This document shows positions 10,139 to 20,564 of a stretch of 32,000 bases of DNA, piece after piece (position 1 is the first letter of the stretch; each line of letters starts with the position of its first letter). The translations under genes and the position numbers were made by a program. The notes beneath the pieces are model-generated. The model did no database searches. It saw only the letters and a program-made list of their open reading frames with translations, and had not been told where the DNA came from. Source of the DNA: Caedibacter taeniospiralis (GTDB taxonomy: Bacteria > Pseudomonadota > Gammaproteobacteria > Francisellales > Francisellaceae); assembly GCF_002803295.2 (NCBI RefSeq), contig NZ_PGGB02000007.1, forward strand, positions 1 to 32,000. The letters run 5' to 3'.

Positions 10139-10246
10139 GGCTTAGGCAAATAATTCGCCCAAGTGTGCCAGTGTGAGTAATCAGTGTCACACTCACAGCG
10201 ACAACTCACACTTAGTGATGGGCAGAAATGTAGTCATTGCCAAAAT
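10139..10246 (+). repeat. ~108-bp imperfectly palindromic repeat, intergenic copy (copy A)
   Basis: Aligns with 14405-14518 at roughly 84% identity by eye plus one 6-nt gap; 26-nt exact block gtgtgagtaatcagtgtcacactcac. Confidence 0.85.
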
Positions 10247-10255
10247 GGCACTGCC

Positions 10256-11008
10256 TTAATTCTCTTGTCCATCAAGAATATCAAGAACCGCAGCATCACT
10301 ATCAAAACCACCTTCTGGTACTTTCTTAGGTTTTACCTGTAAGGTTTTCTCCAGCTCATAATCATAATTTTGCAAATACACATTACGTATGGCAACATAC
10401 GGATCAATGGCACTATTCACCAATTTTTCATAGCCACCAAGATATTGAACGCCTTCATTCACCTTATAAATACCCCAAGCCCCCCAGATAACTGCTTCTG
10501 GAAGATGCCCAACATAATTCAATGGATTAAACACGCCATCTATCAAATCACCTGTTGCGGCAGAAAACGTATAGGGTCCCAAAATGGGCACAACAAAATA
10601 AGGCGAATAACGATAACCCCATTTTGCAAGCGTAAACCCAAAGTTTTGCGTTCTTCTGGGCAGTCCCATGTTTTTAGCCACATCAAACAAACCAAACACT
10701 CCAAAAACACTATTGGCTAGAAGTCTTGCGGTATCTCGCCAGAGATAGTCAAAATTCCACTGCAATAAATCGTTGGCAACTCGCCCAGGTTCCAGAATGT
10801 TATTATAGGTGTTATTAACCCCTTGCTGCACCTGATCTGGCACCATATAATCGTAACCCTTAGCCACAGGGATAAGCGCATAATCATAAGTCACCTGATT
10901 AAATTTAAATATAACCCGATTGTACCCTTCCCACGGGTCTCTATCCTGCTGGGTTGCACAACCACTTAGCAAAAACATTGCCCAAAAACCTATTGCCTTA
11001 TATTTCAT
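10256..11008 (-). CDS. mlaA: MlaA/VacJ-family lipoprotein
   Basis: Lipobox LLSGC; DPWEGYNRVIFKFNQ...; FGFTLAKWGYRYSPYFVVPILGP. Confidence 0.93.
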   Translation of the reverse strand: MKYKAIGFWAMFLLSGCATQQDRDPWEGYNRVIFKFNQVTYDYALIPVAKGYDYMVPDQVQQGVNNTYNNILEPGRVANDLLQWNFDYLWRDTARLLANSVFGVFGLFDVAKNMGLPRRTQNFGFTLAKWGYRYSPYFVVPILGPYTFSAATGDLIDGVFNPLNYVGHLPEAVIWGAWGIYKVNEGVQYLGGYEKLVNSAIDPYVAIRNVYLQNYDYELEKTLQVKPKKVPEGGFDSDAAVLDILDGQEN

Positions 11009-11116
11009 TTTTTACTGATTTTCCTCCTGTTGGCTGGCAGTATAACTTATTTTTCTATAAGACATCACTCCATTCTAAAGCTTTTACACATAATGTCTGG
11101 GGGATAACACAGCTCA

Positions 11117-11202
11117 TAGGATGGATAAGCCGAAGGCGCATCTGCCAATACCCAACCTGTTTGCTTTCTCGCGTGGATGCGCCTTCGGCTTGACCACCCT
11201 AC
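11117..11202. repeat. Intergenic inverted repeat (GGATGGATAAGCCGAAGGCGCATC ... GATGCGCCTTCGGCTTGACCACCC)
   Basis: Arms taagccgaaggcgcatc (11126-11142) and gatgcgccttcggctt (11176-11191) are complementary. Confidence 0.75.
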
Positions 11203-11346
11203 ACGAAGTGCGTCATTAAGTTGACGGTCTATTGTGCGTTGATTGACACATAAATCAGTAAATGCCTTTACTGTTTGTAACTGGCTATACAACCCACAAA
11301 ATTACTTTTACAATCTGGTGTTTTAGCTTTAGGTGCTTTTACTTTA

Positions 11347-12867
11347 ATGACACAACAACACCCTCTCTCATCAACGATGAAATGGCTTATTACTGTCACG
11401 GTGATGCTTGCTGCAATGATCGAGATTATTGATACCACCATCGTCAATGTTGCCTTACAGGATATGGCTGGCTCTCTTGGTGCAAGTACGGAAGAGATAT
11501 CATGGGTAGTAACTTCTTACATCGTATCTGCTGCCATTTGCATGCCATTGACAGGTTTCTTTGTCCGCACCATGGGTCGACGACGCTTGCTACTCATTAA
11601 CATTGTTGGGTTTTTAATTTTTTCAATGCTCTGTGGCTTAGCAAGCTCTTTGAACGAAATGGTTTTCTTTAGAATTATGCAGGGAATTTTTGGCTCCTCT
11701 TTAGTCCCTCTGTCTCAATATGTGCTAAGAGATACCTTTCCTCCTAACGAACAAGTAAAAGCCATGGCTGTTTGGGGAGTAGGCATTATGGCAGCACCTG
11801 TACTTGGTCCAACACTGGGTGGCTACATTACTGATTGGATGAACTGGCGTTGGATCTTTTATATCAATATCCCAGTCTGTATTATTGCAATCATTATGGT
11901 CATCATGTTTATTAGTGAAACCAATCGTGAAAGACTCAATATAGATTGGATTGGTTTGGGACTGATGACATTAACTATTGCCACCTTACAAATTTTTCTT
12001 GATCGAGGTAACAATGACGGCTGGCTGTCTTCACAGTTTATTGTTGCCATGCTGATGTTTTGGGTGGTTACAGGTCTCATCTTTATTTTCCGTGGCTGGT
12101 TTAATCCTAAAAATATTCTTAATTTACATTTATTCAAAGATAGAAACTATGCAGCCTCTTGCGTTCTTCTGGTCTTTTACACCACAGGGATCTTTGGATT
12201 AATGACGGTTCAACCTCTTATTATGCAAGGGATTATGAATTACTCTGCGGCTTTATCTGGTGAGCTTATGATGCCTCGGGGTATCGCCGCAGCAATTGCA
12301 ATGATGACGATCGCACCACTTGCTAAGCGGATTGATCTACGAATTATTATTTTCTTAGGCATCGTGATTACCGCCTATGGCAATTATCTTTACGCTCAAA
12401 TCCCACTGATGAGCGACACCTGGAACTTAATGTATCCTGGGATTATTCAAGGCATTGGCATGGGTTTTTTCTTTGTTCCTGTTTCAACCATGGCACTGCA
12501 AACCTTAAAACCACATGATCTTGCTGAGGGTAGCGGAATGTTTAGCTTTTTTAGAAACTTAGGGACCTCAGTAGGCACATCGGTGATGATTACGGTATTA
12601 ACTCAACAAGCACAAGTCGCCTGGCACAGCATGATTAAATACATTAATCCCAGCAATCCAAACTACCAACTCTGGTTACAACACATTAACTGGCAAGCTC
12701 AGGATCCCACAACACTTAGCGTAATCGCCCAAAGCATCAGCACACAAGCCAATATCATCGCTTTTGATGATGTCGCTTATTTGTCTTATTTGTTACTCAC
12801 CCTTTCCATTCCATTTATCTTTATGCTTAAAAAACCCACAAGTACAGGGCTTAGCATGGATCATTAA
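11347..12867 (+). CDS. DHA2-family (EmrB/QacA) MFS drug exporter
   Basis: 506 aa; MLAAMIEIIDTTIVNVALQDMAGSLGAS, TGFFVRTMGRRRLLL, AVWGVGIMAAPVLGPTLGGYITD. Confidence 0.9.
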   Translation: MTQQHPLSSTMKWLITVTVMLAAMIEIIDTTIVNVALQDMAGSLGASTEEISWVVTSYIVSAAICMPLTGFFVRTMGRRRLLLINIVGFLIFSMLCGLASSLNEMVFFRIMQGIFGSSLVPLSQYVLRDTFPPNEQVKAMAVWGVGIMAAPVLGPTLGGYITDWMNWRWIFYINIPVCIIAIIMVIMFISETNRERLNIDWIGLGLMTLTIATLQIFLDRGNNDGWLSSQFIVAMLMFWVVTGLIFIFRGWFNPKNILNLHLFKDRNYAASCVLLVFYTTGIFGLMTVQPLIMQGIMNYSAALSGELMMPRGIAAAIAMMTIAPLAKRIDLRIIIFLGIVITAYGNYLYAQIPLMSDTWNLMYPGIIQGIGMGFFFVPVSTMALQTLKPHDLAEGSGMFSFFRNLGTSVGTSVMITVLTQQAQVAWHSMIKYINPSNPNYQLWLQHINWQAQDPTTLSVIAQSISTQANIIAFDDVAYLSYLLLTLSIPFIFMLKKPTSTGLSMDH

Positions 12868-12890
12868 ATCAGTGTCACCTACGCTAAGAC

Positions 12891-12940
12891 ACTACCCCGT
12901 CGACCTGCGGTCGCCACCCCTTCGCTTGCGAAGGGGAATT
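12891..12940. repeat. Palindromic intergenic element, short relative of the 4559-4678 element; may act as terminator
   Basis: actaccccgtcgacctgcggtcgccaccccttcgcttgcgaaggggaatt: nested hairpins cgacc/ggtcg and ccccttcg/cgaagggg; same layout as the 4559 arm. Confidence 0.7.
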
Positions 12941-13034
12941 AAATCCATGTTTTTGCCAGAGATTTTAATTGTTTCAGTCAGCTGCTTCCGCTTACAATAA
13001 AGCCACTGATTGAGATCTAACTGATGAAGTTAAT

Positions 13035-15851
13035 ATGCAGTTTGATGAATTTTGCCAAAGCTTTGAGTTGACACACTTAGATATAAAAGTTTCAGCAAAA
13101 TTATTGAATACTTTTAACACCAGCTGCTTTTTTGCTCGTTTTATCCAACAACATCCCCAGCTTCTCAAGCATACCGATTGGTTTCTCATTGATGACATCA
13201 GTGTTTTGCAACAAGAAATTAAAGCTCTTTTTGCACAGAGCAAAAGTTATGATGAGCTTGCAAAGACTTTACGCAACTATCGCCAACAAGTGCATGCCAA
13301 ACTTGTGTTCCAACAGCATCATAAGATTGCCAACTTTGAGACTATTGCCGAGACTATTTCTGCTATAGCAAAGCATATTTTATTTTACGCACAACAATAT
13401 TTATTAAAAAAACTAAGTGAAACTAAAACCCTCCATAAACTCCCGCAAGATCTCGGTATCATCACCATGGGAAAGCTCGGTGGAAATGAGCTTAACTTCT
13501 CTTCTGATATTGACCTTGTGTTCATCCAGGTAAATAACGACCCATTGACAGACCACCTTGGTAAAACCTATAGCGCCATGCGTTTTTATACTGAGCTTGG
13601 TCAAAAGCTTATTGCCTTACTTAATGAAACGACAATCGATGGATTTGTTTATCGAGTTGATATGCGTTTGCGTCCCTTTGGTGAGGGCGCACCTTTAGTC
13701 ATCGATATAGAAAGCTTTAAACATTATCTTATGAATCATGCGCGAGCTTGGGAGCGCTATGCTTATATTAAAGGCGACATTTTACATCCATCTCATCAGG
13801 TTAAAGAGATATTAGATCACATGATCAAGCAGTTTGTTTATCGCCATTACCATGACTATCGCATGCTGAATGCTATTCGTGAGATGAAACAAAAAATCTT
13901 ATCCGAAATGAAACAGGTAAACTTAACAGACAACATAAAATTAGGTCGTGGTGGCATTCGTGAAATCGAGTTTATCTGTCAATGCTATCAGTTGATTTAT
14001 GGCGGTCAAAATATCACTTTGCAACATCGTAAGCTAAAACAAGCACTGCGTTCATTAACCCATGCTGAGGTTATTTCTGTCGATACTCAAAAATATCTCT
14101 ATCAGCACTATGTTTTTTTGCGCAACGTTGAAAATGCCCTGCAAATGTTTGATGATCAACAAACGCATCAGCTGCCAAGCAGCAAGCACACACAGAACGC
14201 CATCGCCTGCTTATGCGGTTTTGATGACTGGCAAATGCTTATCACACAAATCACCCAGACAAGGGAAAAAGTGGCAGGGCTTTTTGACAAACTCACCCGC
14301 TTTAACCTCCATAACGTTGAGCAAATGCAAGACTCAGCAATCTCTGCCACCTTGATGACGGACAACACTCTCCCCGCCTGCGCTTATAATCATACGGAAA
14401 TTAAGGCTTGTACAAATAATTCGCCCAAGCGTATCGGTGTGAGTAATCAGTGTCACACTCACACTCACACTCACAACTCACACTTAGCAATTGGCGGAAA
14501 TATAGTCACTGCCGAAATTAACAACTTCTTTGCTGAACATATCCTTGCTCAAGAAGTTCTACCCGCTATTGAAGACTTAATTAACCTGTGTGTAGAGCGC
14601 TATCCACAGCTTTTAACCAATCTACTAAAGCTGCTGCATAACTTGAGCAAACGACAAACTTATTTATTTTTGTTCCTTGAATATCGCTCACATCATCTGG
14701 ATTTTTTGACCTTACTCAATCAAGGCGCACGAATCGTAGAAATACTAACGGAACACCCGTTTTTACTTGAGCGCGCATTCATATACAAACACCATGACGA
14801 AGTCTATATCGATATTGCTTATCTTCGCAGCAAACTGTACAGACACCTCCAAGCTATTAACCTTGAGGATGTCGAGGCTTTCTTAGAATGTTTGCGTCGA
14901 TTTAAGCTTGAACAGATATTTAACATTATCGTCAGTGAATCACAAGGGCACATATCCTTAATGGAAGCCAGTGATTTATTCAGTCATCTGGCAACCGTTT
15001 TAATTGAAATTGCCCTTGATGGAGCATGGCGTGAGATTTTTCGATATGTCGATATAACATCCGATCTACAGCAAGCTTATCGAGACTCTCTAGCGGTCAT
15101 TGCCTATGGCAAACTTGGCGGGCTTGAGCTCAGTGTTGCCTCTGACTTGGATCTGGTGTTTATTCATGATAAAACCCATACGGAATTATCCTCACGCTTT
15201 TTTGTGCGCGCTGTGCAAAAATTTGTCCATTTTATGCAAATTAAAACCTATCACGGCGCCCTGTACGATATTGATTTACGCCTGCGTCCTGAGGGAGATA
15301 ATGGTTTTATTGCCCCAGGTTTTGATCGCTATGAGGAATATCTTTATCACTCTGCCTGGACTTGGGAGCACCAGGCATTAACACGCGCACGCTTCATTTG
15401 TGGAGCCTCCCGTATTCAACAGAAATTTGATCAACTGCGTACTCAAGTTTTGTGTCAATCTCGTGCGCTTCCCGCGCTCAAAAAAGATATTCGTGAGATG
15501 CGCCAAAAAATGCGCACTCATCTACTTAAAGCTCCTTCGCATCTATTTGATTTAAAACAAAGCCCAGGTGCTATGGTGGATATTGAGTTTATTGCCCAGT
15601 TTTTTGCGCTTTATTATAGCCATAAAGTTCCTGCAATAGGTTACTACAGCGACAGTATTCGCATTATCCAAACCATCGAATCTGCACAGTTACTTGATAC
15701 TAAAACGGCAAACGTGCTGATTGATAACTATTGCTATTACCGTGATTTAGGGTTTAAATGCTACCTTCGCAAACAAGAAGCCGTTGTTCCCTTAGATACT
15801 TGTAAACAGAGAATGTTAGAAGTACAGGAAATATGGAGCAATCTATTTTAG
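13035..15851 (+). CDS. glnE: Bifunctional glutamine synthetase adenylyltransferase/adenylyl-removing enzyme
   Basis: 938 aa; two nucleotidyltransferase halves: MGKLGGNELNFSSDIDLVFI and YGKLGGLELSVASDLDLVFIHD; GRGGIREIEF and PGAMVDIEFIAQF. Confidence 0.95.
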   Translation: MQFDEFCQSFELTHLDIKVSAKLLNTFNTSCFFARFIQQHPQLLKHTDWFLIDDISVLQQEIKALFAQSKSYDELAKTLRNYRQQVHAKLVFQQHHKIANFETIAETISAIAKHILFYAQQYLLKKLSETKTLHKLPQDLGIITMGKLGGNELNFSSDIDLVFIQVNNDPLTDHLGKTYSAMRFYTELGQKLIALLNETTIDGFVYRVDMRLRPFGEGAPLVIDIESFKHYLMNHARAWERYAYIKGDILHPSHQVKEILDHMIKQFVYRHYHDYRMLNAIREMKQKILSEMKQVNLTDNIKLGRGGIREIEFICQCYQLIYGGQNITLQHRKLKQALRSLTHAEVISVDTQKYLYQHYVFLRNVENALQMFDDQQTHQLPSSKHTQNAIACLCGFDDWQMLITQITQTREKVAGLFDKLTRFNLHNVEQMQDSAISATLMTDNTLPACAYNHTEIKACTNNSPKRIGVSNQCHTHTHTHNSHLAIGGNIVTAEINNFFAEHILAQEVLPAIEDLINLCVERYPQLLTNLLKLLHNLSKRQTYLFLFLEYRSHHLDFLTLLNQGARIVEILTEHPFLLERAFIYKHHDEVYIDIAYLRSKLYRHLQAINLEDVEAFLECLRRFKLEQIFNIIVSESQGHISLMEASDLFSHLATVLIEIALDGAWREIFRYVDITSDLQQAYRDSLAVIAYGKLGGLELSVASDLDLVFIHDKTHTELSSRFFVRAVQKFVHFMQIKTYHGALYDIDLRLRPEGDNGFIAPGFDRYEEYLYHSAWTWEHQALTRARFICGASRIQQKFDQLRTQVLCQSRALPALKKDIREMRQKMRTHLLKAPSHLFDLKQSPGAMVDIEFIAQFFALYYSHKVPAIGYYSDSIRIIQTIESAQLLDTKTANVLIDNYCYYRDLGFKCYLRKQEAVVPLDTCKQRMLEVQEIWSNLF
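14405..14518 (+). repeat. ~114-bp repeat, in-frame copy inside glnE (copy B), with hexameric microsatellite
   Basis: Same sequence family as 10139-10246; contributes residues around NNSPKRIGVSNQCHTHTHTHNSHLAIGGNIVTAEI; contains cacactcacactcacactcacaactcacac. Confidence 0.85.
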
Positions 15852-15895
15852 CGTAAGTTCAAAGCAAGTATTTTCAAGTGGTTCCAGGTCTTTAC

Positions 15896-15948
15896 TTCTC
15901 CCTTGATGGGAGAAGTCGCCAAAACGTGTTTTGGCGGATGAGGGAGAA
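15896..15948. repeat. Double-hairpin intergenic element between glnE and purL
   Basis: ttctccc-ttgat-gggagaa followed by cgccaaaac-gt-gttttggcg then gatgagggagaa. Confidence 0.7.
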
Positions 15949-16032
15949 TTTTTTACCTCAAAAATAAACTCGCATTTTACCCTTTATAAATCCATTTAAA
16001 TCTATCAGAATATTGACATTCAAACCTTCTGT

Positions 16033-19000
16033 ATGAGTAGAAAGATGTTACAAATTTTTGGCAATAACGCACTATCTTCGTTTGATCAACAAAGAATATT
16101 ATCTAAATTGCAAGGCATCATCCCTGGTATTGAACAGGTTCAGGCGGAATATATTCACTTTATTGAGTCTAAAGAGACACTCACAGAAGATGCCATGGGC
16201 AAACTCAAGGCACTTTTAACTTACGGTGACAAGGGTGTACTGACCGAGAAAACAGGACAGGCAATTATTGTCACACCGCGCTTAGGAACGATTTCACCCT
16301 GGTCATCGAAAGCTACCGATATCGCGCATAACTGTGGACTTAAAGAGATTATACGTATCGAGCGTGGCATCGTTTATTACCTCCAAAGCAAACACTCTTT
16401 GGAGCAGAATACTTTAACGCAACTTACGGCAACGTTGCACGATCGCATGATGCAAAGCGTTACCTTTTCTCTGGCTGAAACCAATCCCTTCACAAACACA
16501 CATGCAGAAGGAAAACTACGCATTGTTCCCTTGTTAGCCCAAGGGCGCATAGCCTTAGAGAAAATCAATGATGAGCTTGGTCTTGCTTTATCCAACGATG
16601 AAATTGATTATTTGCAGACTGGATTTCTTGAGCTTAATCGCGATCCCACCGATGTTGAACTGATGATGTTTGCACAAGCTAATTCTGAACATTGTCGCCA
16701 TAAAATCTTTAGAGCCGATTGGATTATCGATGCTCAAGCACAGACACACGGATTGTTTGCAATGATTAAAAATACCTATGAACACCATAAAGAAAATATC
16801 CTGTCCGCCTATCATGACAATGCTGCGGTTATTGCAGGTTATGCCGCTGAGCGTTTGCAGCGCCATAAAGATGGACTCTATCACTTTAAGCGTGAGCCTA
16901 TTCATATTCAAATCAAAGTGGAAACACATAATCACCCCACGGCGATTGCACCATACCCAGGGGCAGCAACGGGAGCAGGAGGCGAGATCCGTGATGAGGG
17001 CGCTACTGGACTTGGCGCTAAGCCAAAGGCTGGACTCACAGGCTACACCGTATCAAACTTAAACATTCCTGATGATATACAAGCCTGGGAACTCCCTTAT
17101 GGCAAACCTGATCGCATTCGTTCAGCGCTTGATATTATGATTGAAGCACCTTTGGGAGGAGCTGCTTTCAACAACGAATTTGGGCGCCCCAATTTGTGCG
17201 GCTATTTCCGCACGTTTGAGCGATACTATAACGGCGAAGTTTGGGGCTACCATAAACCTATTATGATTGCTGGAGGTTATGGCAATATCAAAGAAGAACA
17301 TATTGAAAAACGTAAAATTCCCGCGGGTGCCAAAATTATTGTCCTGGGCGGACCAGGCATGTTAATTGGCTTAGGTGGCGGAGCTGCTTCTTCCGTGAAT
17401 GCAGGGGACTTACACGAAACACTTGATTTTGCCTCAGTTCAACGCGATAACGCTGAGATCGAGCGTCGCGCACAAGAAGTCATCGATAGTTGCTGGTCAA
17501 TGGGACTGGATAACCCGATCATCAGCATTCACGATGTGGGTGCTGGTGGTTTATCCAATGCGCTACCCGAGCTTGTTGTTGATTGTGAGCGCGGTGCCAT
17601 TTTTGATCTTAACAAAATTGGAGTTGCCGAAAAAGGCTTATCCCCTTTAGAAATATGGTGTAATGAATCTCAAGAGCGTTATGTTCTCGCTATTTCAGCG
17701 GATGATTTGGCTACGTTTGACCAGATTGCTCGGCGTGAGCGTTGCCCATACAGCATCGTTGGTGAAGCAACCACAGAACAGATGCTTATTCTTAAAGATT
17801 CAAACTCCACCGTTGATCTAATCCATATGCCTTTATCTTTGTTACTGGGCAAGGCGCCTAAAACAGTAAAAAATGTCACAACAACCGCCCATGCTTATAG
17901 CAATTGGGACTACAGTAAAATCAATTTGACTGATGCAGCAAAACGCATCTTGCGTTTACCTGCTGTTGGCAGTAAGAAGTTTTTAATTACCATAGGCGAT
18001 CGCAGCGTTGGTGGGATGACCCAACGCGATCAGATGGTGGGACCATGGCAAATTCCTGTGGCTGATGTTGCCGTAACAGCATCAAGCTTTACCGACTATC
18101 ACGGCGAAGCCATGGCAATGGGCGAGCGCCCAATTTTGGCGATGATGAACCCTCAAGCCGCTGCAAGAATCACTATAGGTGAAGCGATTACCAATATTGC
18201 CGCGGCCTATATCTACCATTTATCTGATGTTAAGCTTTCAGCCAACTGGATGGCAGCCTCTTCACATCCAGGCGAGGATGCAAGACTTTATGAAATGGTT
18301 AAAACGGCTGGGTTGGAATTTTGTCCAGCACTGGATCTCACCATCCCTGTTGGTAAAGATTCCTTATCGATGAAAACCACATGGCGTGACGAAGACGGCG
18401 AAAAGGCGGTTACCTCTCCTGTCTCTTTAATTGTCACGGCCTTCGCCCCTGTGCAGGATATTCGTCGTACACTGACCCCACAATTGCGTCTGGCATTTGA
18501 AACTGATCTTATTTTCATTGATCTTGGTTTAGGCAAAAACCGTTTAGGTGGCTCTTCATTTGCTCAAGTTTATAACGAGTTTGGCAATGAAACACCAGAT
18601 ATTGAACCCGTACTATTGCAGAGCTTCTTTGCCGCCATTCACAAACTGGTTAAAGAAGATAAAATTTTAGCCTATCACGATCGCTCCGATGGTGGTCTAT
18701 TTACCACCCTGTGTGAAATGATGTTTGCGGCAAAATGCGGACTTGACGTCGATATCGATGCCTTGGGTGACGATCCTCATGCTGTGCTTTTTAACGAAGA
18801 GCTGGGGGCTGTGATTCAAGTAAGAAATACCGATTGCGACATCGTGATGCAGATGCTTGCAAGCTTTCAACTCAAAGCACATCACATTGGTAGACCCAAT
18901 GCTTCAACAGCCGATGCCAAATTGATCATCAGCCAGGATATTGATGAGCTATTTTCCATGACGCGCGCCGAACTGCAGACACTTTGGTCACAAACCTCCT

Positions 19001-19932
19001 ATCAAATCCAGAGAATGCGTGATAATGCGAGGTGTGCCGATGAGGAACATGAGCTGATCAATCGGCTTAATGATCACGGTTTATTTGCCCAGGTTGCATA
19101 TGACTGCAAAGAAAATATTGCAGCAGCTTACCTTAATTTTGGTATTAAACCCAAAGTTGCTATTTTGCGCGAACAAGGGGTCAACAGCAATAACGAAATG
19201 GCAGCTGCGTTTACCCTAAGCGGTTTTGATGCCATTGATGTACATATGACTGATTTACAAAACAATCGTATTAACCTGAACGATTTCAAGGGCCTTGCTG
19301 CCTGTGGCGGATTTTCTTATGGTGACGTACTTGGTGCGGGAGGCGGCTGGGCAAAATCGATTTTATTTAATCCTAAGCTTTTAGATCAATTTGCTGCATT
19401 TTTTGCTCGTCCTGATACCTTCAGTGTTGGTATGTGTAATGGCTGTCAGATGTTATCGCAATTAAAAGACATTATTCCAGGGGCAACACACTGGCCTCGC
19501 TTTGTCAGAAACCTCTCTGAGCAATTTGAAGGACGCTTATCAATGGTCGAAGTGCTTAAAAGCCCTTCAATTGTCTTTGCAGGCATGGATGGCTTAAAAA
19601 TGCCCATCGTTGTTTCACATGCTGAGGGGCGAACGCAGTATCGCGATGCCAATGACTTAAACACTTTAATTGCCAATAAGCAAACCGTGATGCGTTTTAT
19701 CGACAGCCACAGCAATCCCACCGAGTATTATCCACTTAATCCTAATGGCTCTAAAGACGGTTTCACGAGTTTCACCTCTACTGACGGGCGCGCCACAATC
19801 ATGATGCCACATCCTGAACGTGTCTTTAGATTAGTACAAATGTCATGGTATCCTGCGGACTGGAAAAATAAAGATATCGAATACTCACCATGGATGCGTT
19901 TATTTATGAATGCACGCAAGTGGGTTGGGTAA
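16033..19932 (+). CDS. purL: Phosphoribosylformylglycinamidine synthase, single-chain PurL
   Basis: 1299 aa; [46 protein letters not shown]-like segment, C-terminal glutaminase [18 protein letters not shown]...GVCNGCQML. Confidence 0.97.
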   Translation: MSRKMLQIFGNNALSSFDQQRILSKLQGIIPGIEQVQAEYIHFIESKETLTEDAMGKLKALLTYGDKGVLTEKTGQAIIVTPRLGTISPWSSKATDIAHNCGLKEIIRIERGIVYYLQSKHSLEQNTLTQLTATLHDRMMQSVTFSLAETNPFTNTHAEGKLRIVPLLAQGRIALEKINDELGLALSNDEIDYLQTGFLELNRDPTDVELMMFAQANSEHCRHKIFRADWIIDAQAQTHGLFAMIKNTYEHHKENILSAYHDNAAVIAGYAAERLQRHKDGLYHFKREPIHIQIKVETHNHPTAIAPYPGAATGAGGEIRDEGATGLGAKPKAGLTGYTVSNLNIPDDIQAWELPYGKPDRIRSALDIMIEAPLGGAAFNNEFGRPNLCGYFRTFERYYNGEVWGYHKPIMIAGGYGNIKEEHIEKRKIPAGAKIIVLGGPGMLIGLGGGAASSVNAGDLHETLDFASVQRDNAEIERRAQEVIDSCWSMGLDNPIISIHDVGAGGLSNALPELVVDCERGAIFDLNKIGVAEKGLSPLEIWCNESQERYVLAISADDLATFDQIARRERCPYSIVGEATTEQMLILKDSNSTVDLIHMPLSLLLGKAPKTVKNVTTTAHAYSNWDYSKINLTDAAKRILRLPAVGSKKFLITIGDRSVGGMTQRDQMVGPWQIPVADVAVTASSFTDYHGEAMAMGERPILAMMNPQAAARITIGEAITNIAAAYIYHLSDVKLSANWMAASSHPGEDARLYEMVKTAGLEFCPALDLTIPVGKDSLSMKTTWRDEDGEKAVTSPVSLIVTAFAPVQDIRRTLTPQLRLAFETDLIFIDLGLGKNRLGGSSFAQVYNEFGNETPDIEPVLLQSFFAAIHKLVKEDKILAYHDRSDGGLFTTLCEMMFAAKCGLDVDIDALGDDPHAVLFNEELGAVIQVRNTDCDIVMQMLASFQLKAHHIGRPNASTADAKLIISQDIDELFSMTRAELQTLWSQTSYQIQRMRDNARCADEEHELINRLNDHGLFAQVAYDCKENIAAAYLNFGIKPKVAILREQGVNSNNEMAAAFTLSGFDAIDVHMTDLQNNRINLNDFKGLAACGGFSYGDVLGAGGGWAKSILFNPKLLDQFAAFFARPDTFSVGMCNGCQMLSQLKDIIPGATHWPRFVRNLSEQFEGRLSMVEVLKSPSIVFAGMDGLKMPIVVSHAEGRTQYRDANDLNTLIANKQTVMRFIDSHSNPTEYYPLNPNGSKDGFTSFTSTDGRATIMMPHPERVFRLVQMSWYPADWKNKDIEYSPWMRLFMNARKWVG

Positions 19933-19972
19933 CAGATATTTAACGCCCCATGTTGCTAATAAGTACTCAATC

Positions 19973-20557
19973 ATGCAAGCTACTATCCGCAGGCAGTTGT
20001 GCCATAAAAGGCAAGCCATTTCTTTAGCACAGAAACAGCAATATGCGAAAGATCTATGCGCACAATTTTCCCGCTGTTATGCTGACCTTTTAAAATCCAA
20101 GGCTAAAAAAATTGCCAGTTACTATGCTTCCAGCGAAGAAATTTCACCCCATTTGATTGACCAGGAGCTCAAAATGCAACATGAAATTTACTACCCTATG
20201 CTGCATCCTTTTAAAAAGCGCAAGCTTTTATTTGTGAGAGAATCTATAAGGCATTGCCATAACAGATATGGCTTAGAAGAGCCTTTGTTTATTGCTGATA
20301 AAACGATATCACCATGGGAGCTTGATATGATCATTGTGCCATTAGTCGGTTTTGATTTGGCAAAAAATCGCATCGGCATGGGGGGTGGTTTTTATGACAG
20401 CTCACTTACGCTTTGTAAAGCTTTCAACAACACGGAGTTTGTTGGTATCGCTTTTGATGAACAGCAATTTGAGCAATCACAGCATCATCCTCTTGCAATG
20501 AATGAATGGGACATTAAAATGGACGCCATTATTACCCCAACACGAATCATTCGCTAA
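19973..20557 (+). CDS. 5-formyltetrahydrofolate cyclo-ligase family protein
   Basis: IRRQLCHKRQAI start; DMIIVPLVGFDLAKNRIGMGGGFYDSSL motif. The ORF track start at 19910 overlaps purL; the internal ATG at 19973 is more likely. Confidence 0.85.
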   Translation: MQATIRRQLCHKRQAISLAQKQQYAKDLCAQFSRCYADLLKSKAKKIASYYASSEEISPHLIDQELKMQHEIYYPMLHPFKKRKLLFVRESIRHCHNRYGLEEPLFIADKTISPWELDMIIVPLVGFDLAKNRIGMGGGFYDSSLTLCKAFNNTEFVGIAFDEQQFEQSQHHPLAMNEWDIKMDAIITPTRIIR

Positions 20558-20564
20558 ATTGAAT

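Noticed and set aside
11065-11292. Small minus-strand ORFs around the 11117-11202 inverted repeat
   Set aside because: Translations mirror the repeat on both arms (SSRRRIxxx...), so they are a by-product of the palindromic element.
11859-12137. Minus-strand ORF inside the MFS gene, and similar antisense ORFs in glnE, purL, eno, clpB and greA
   Set aside because: All lie opposite strongly supported coding sequences and show no family-like motifs.
12868-12886. atcagtgtcacctacgctaag as a third copy of the glnE-type repeat
   Set aside because: Only ~11 nt (atcagtgtcac) match; too short to claim as a real copy without a genome-wide profile.
19932-19973. Possible 6S RNA (ssrS), which often precedes the 5-formyl-THF cyclo-ligase gene in gammaproteobacteria
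   Set aside because: Only ~40 nt separate purL and the cyclo-ligase start; there is no room for a ~180-nt RNA.
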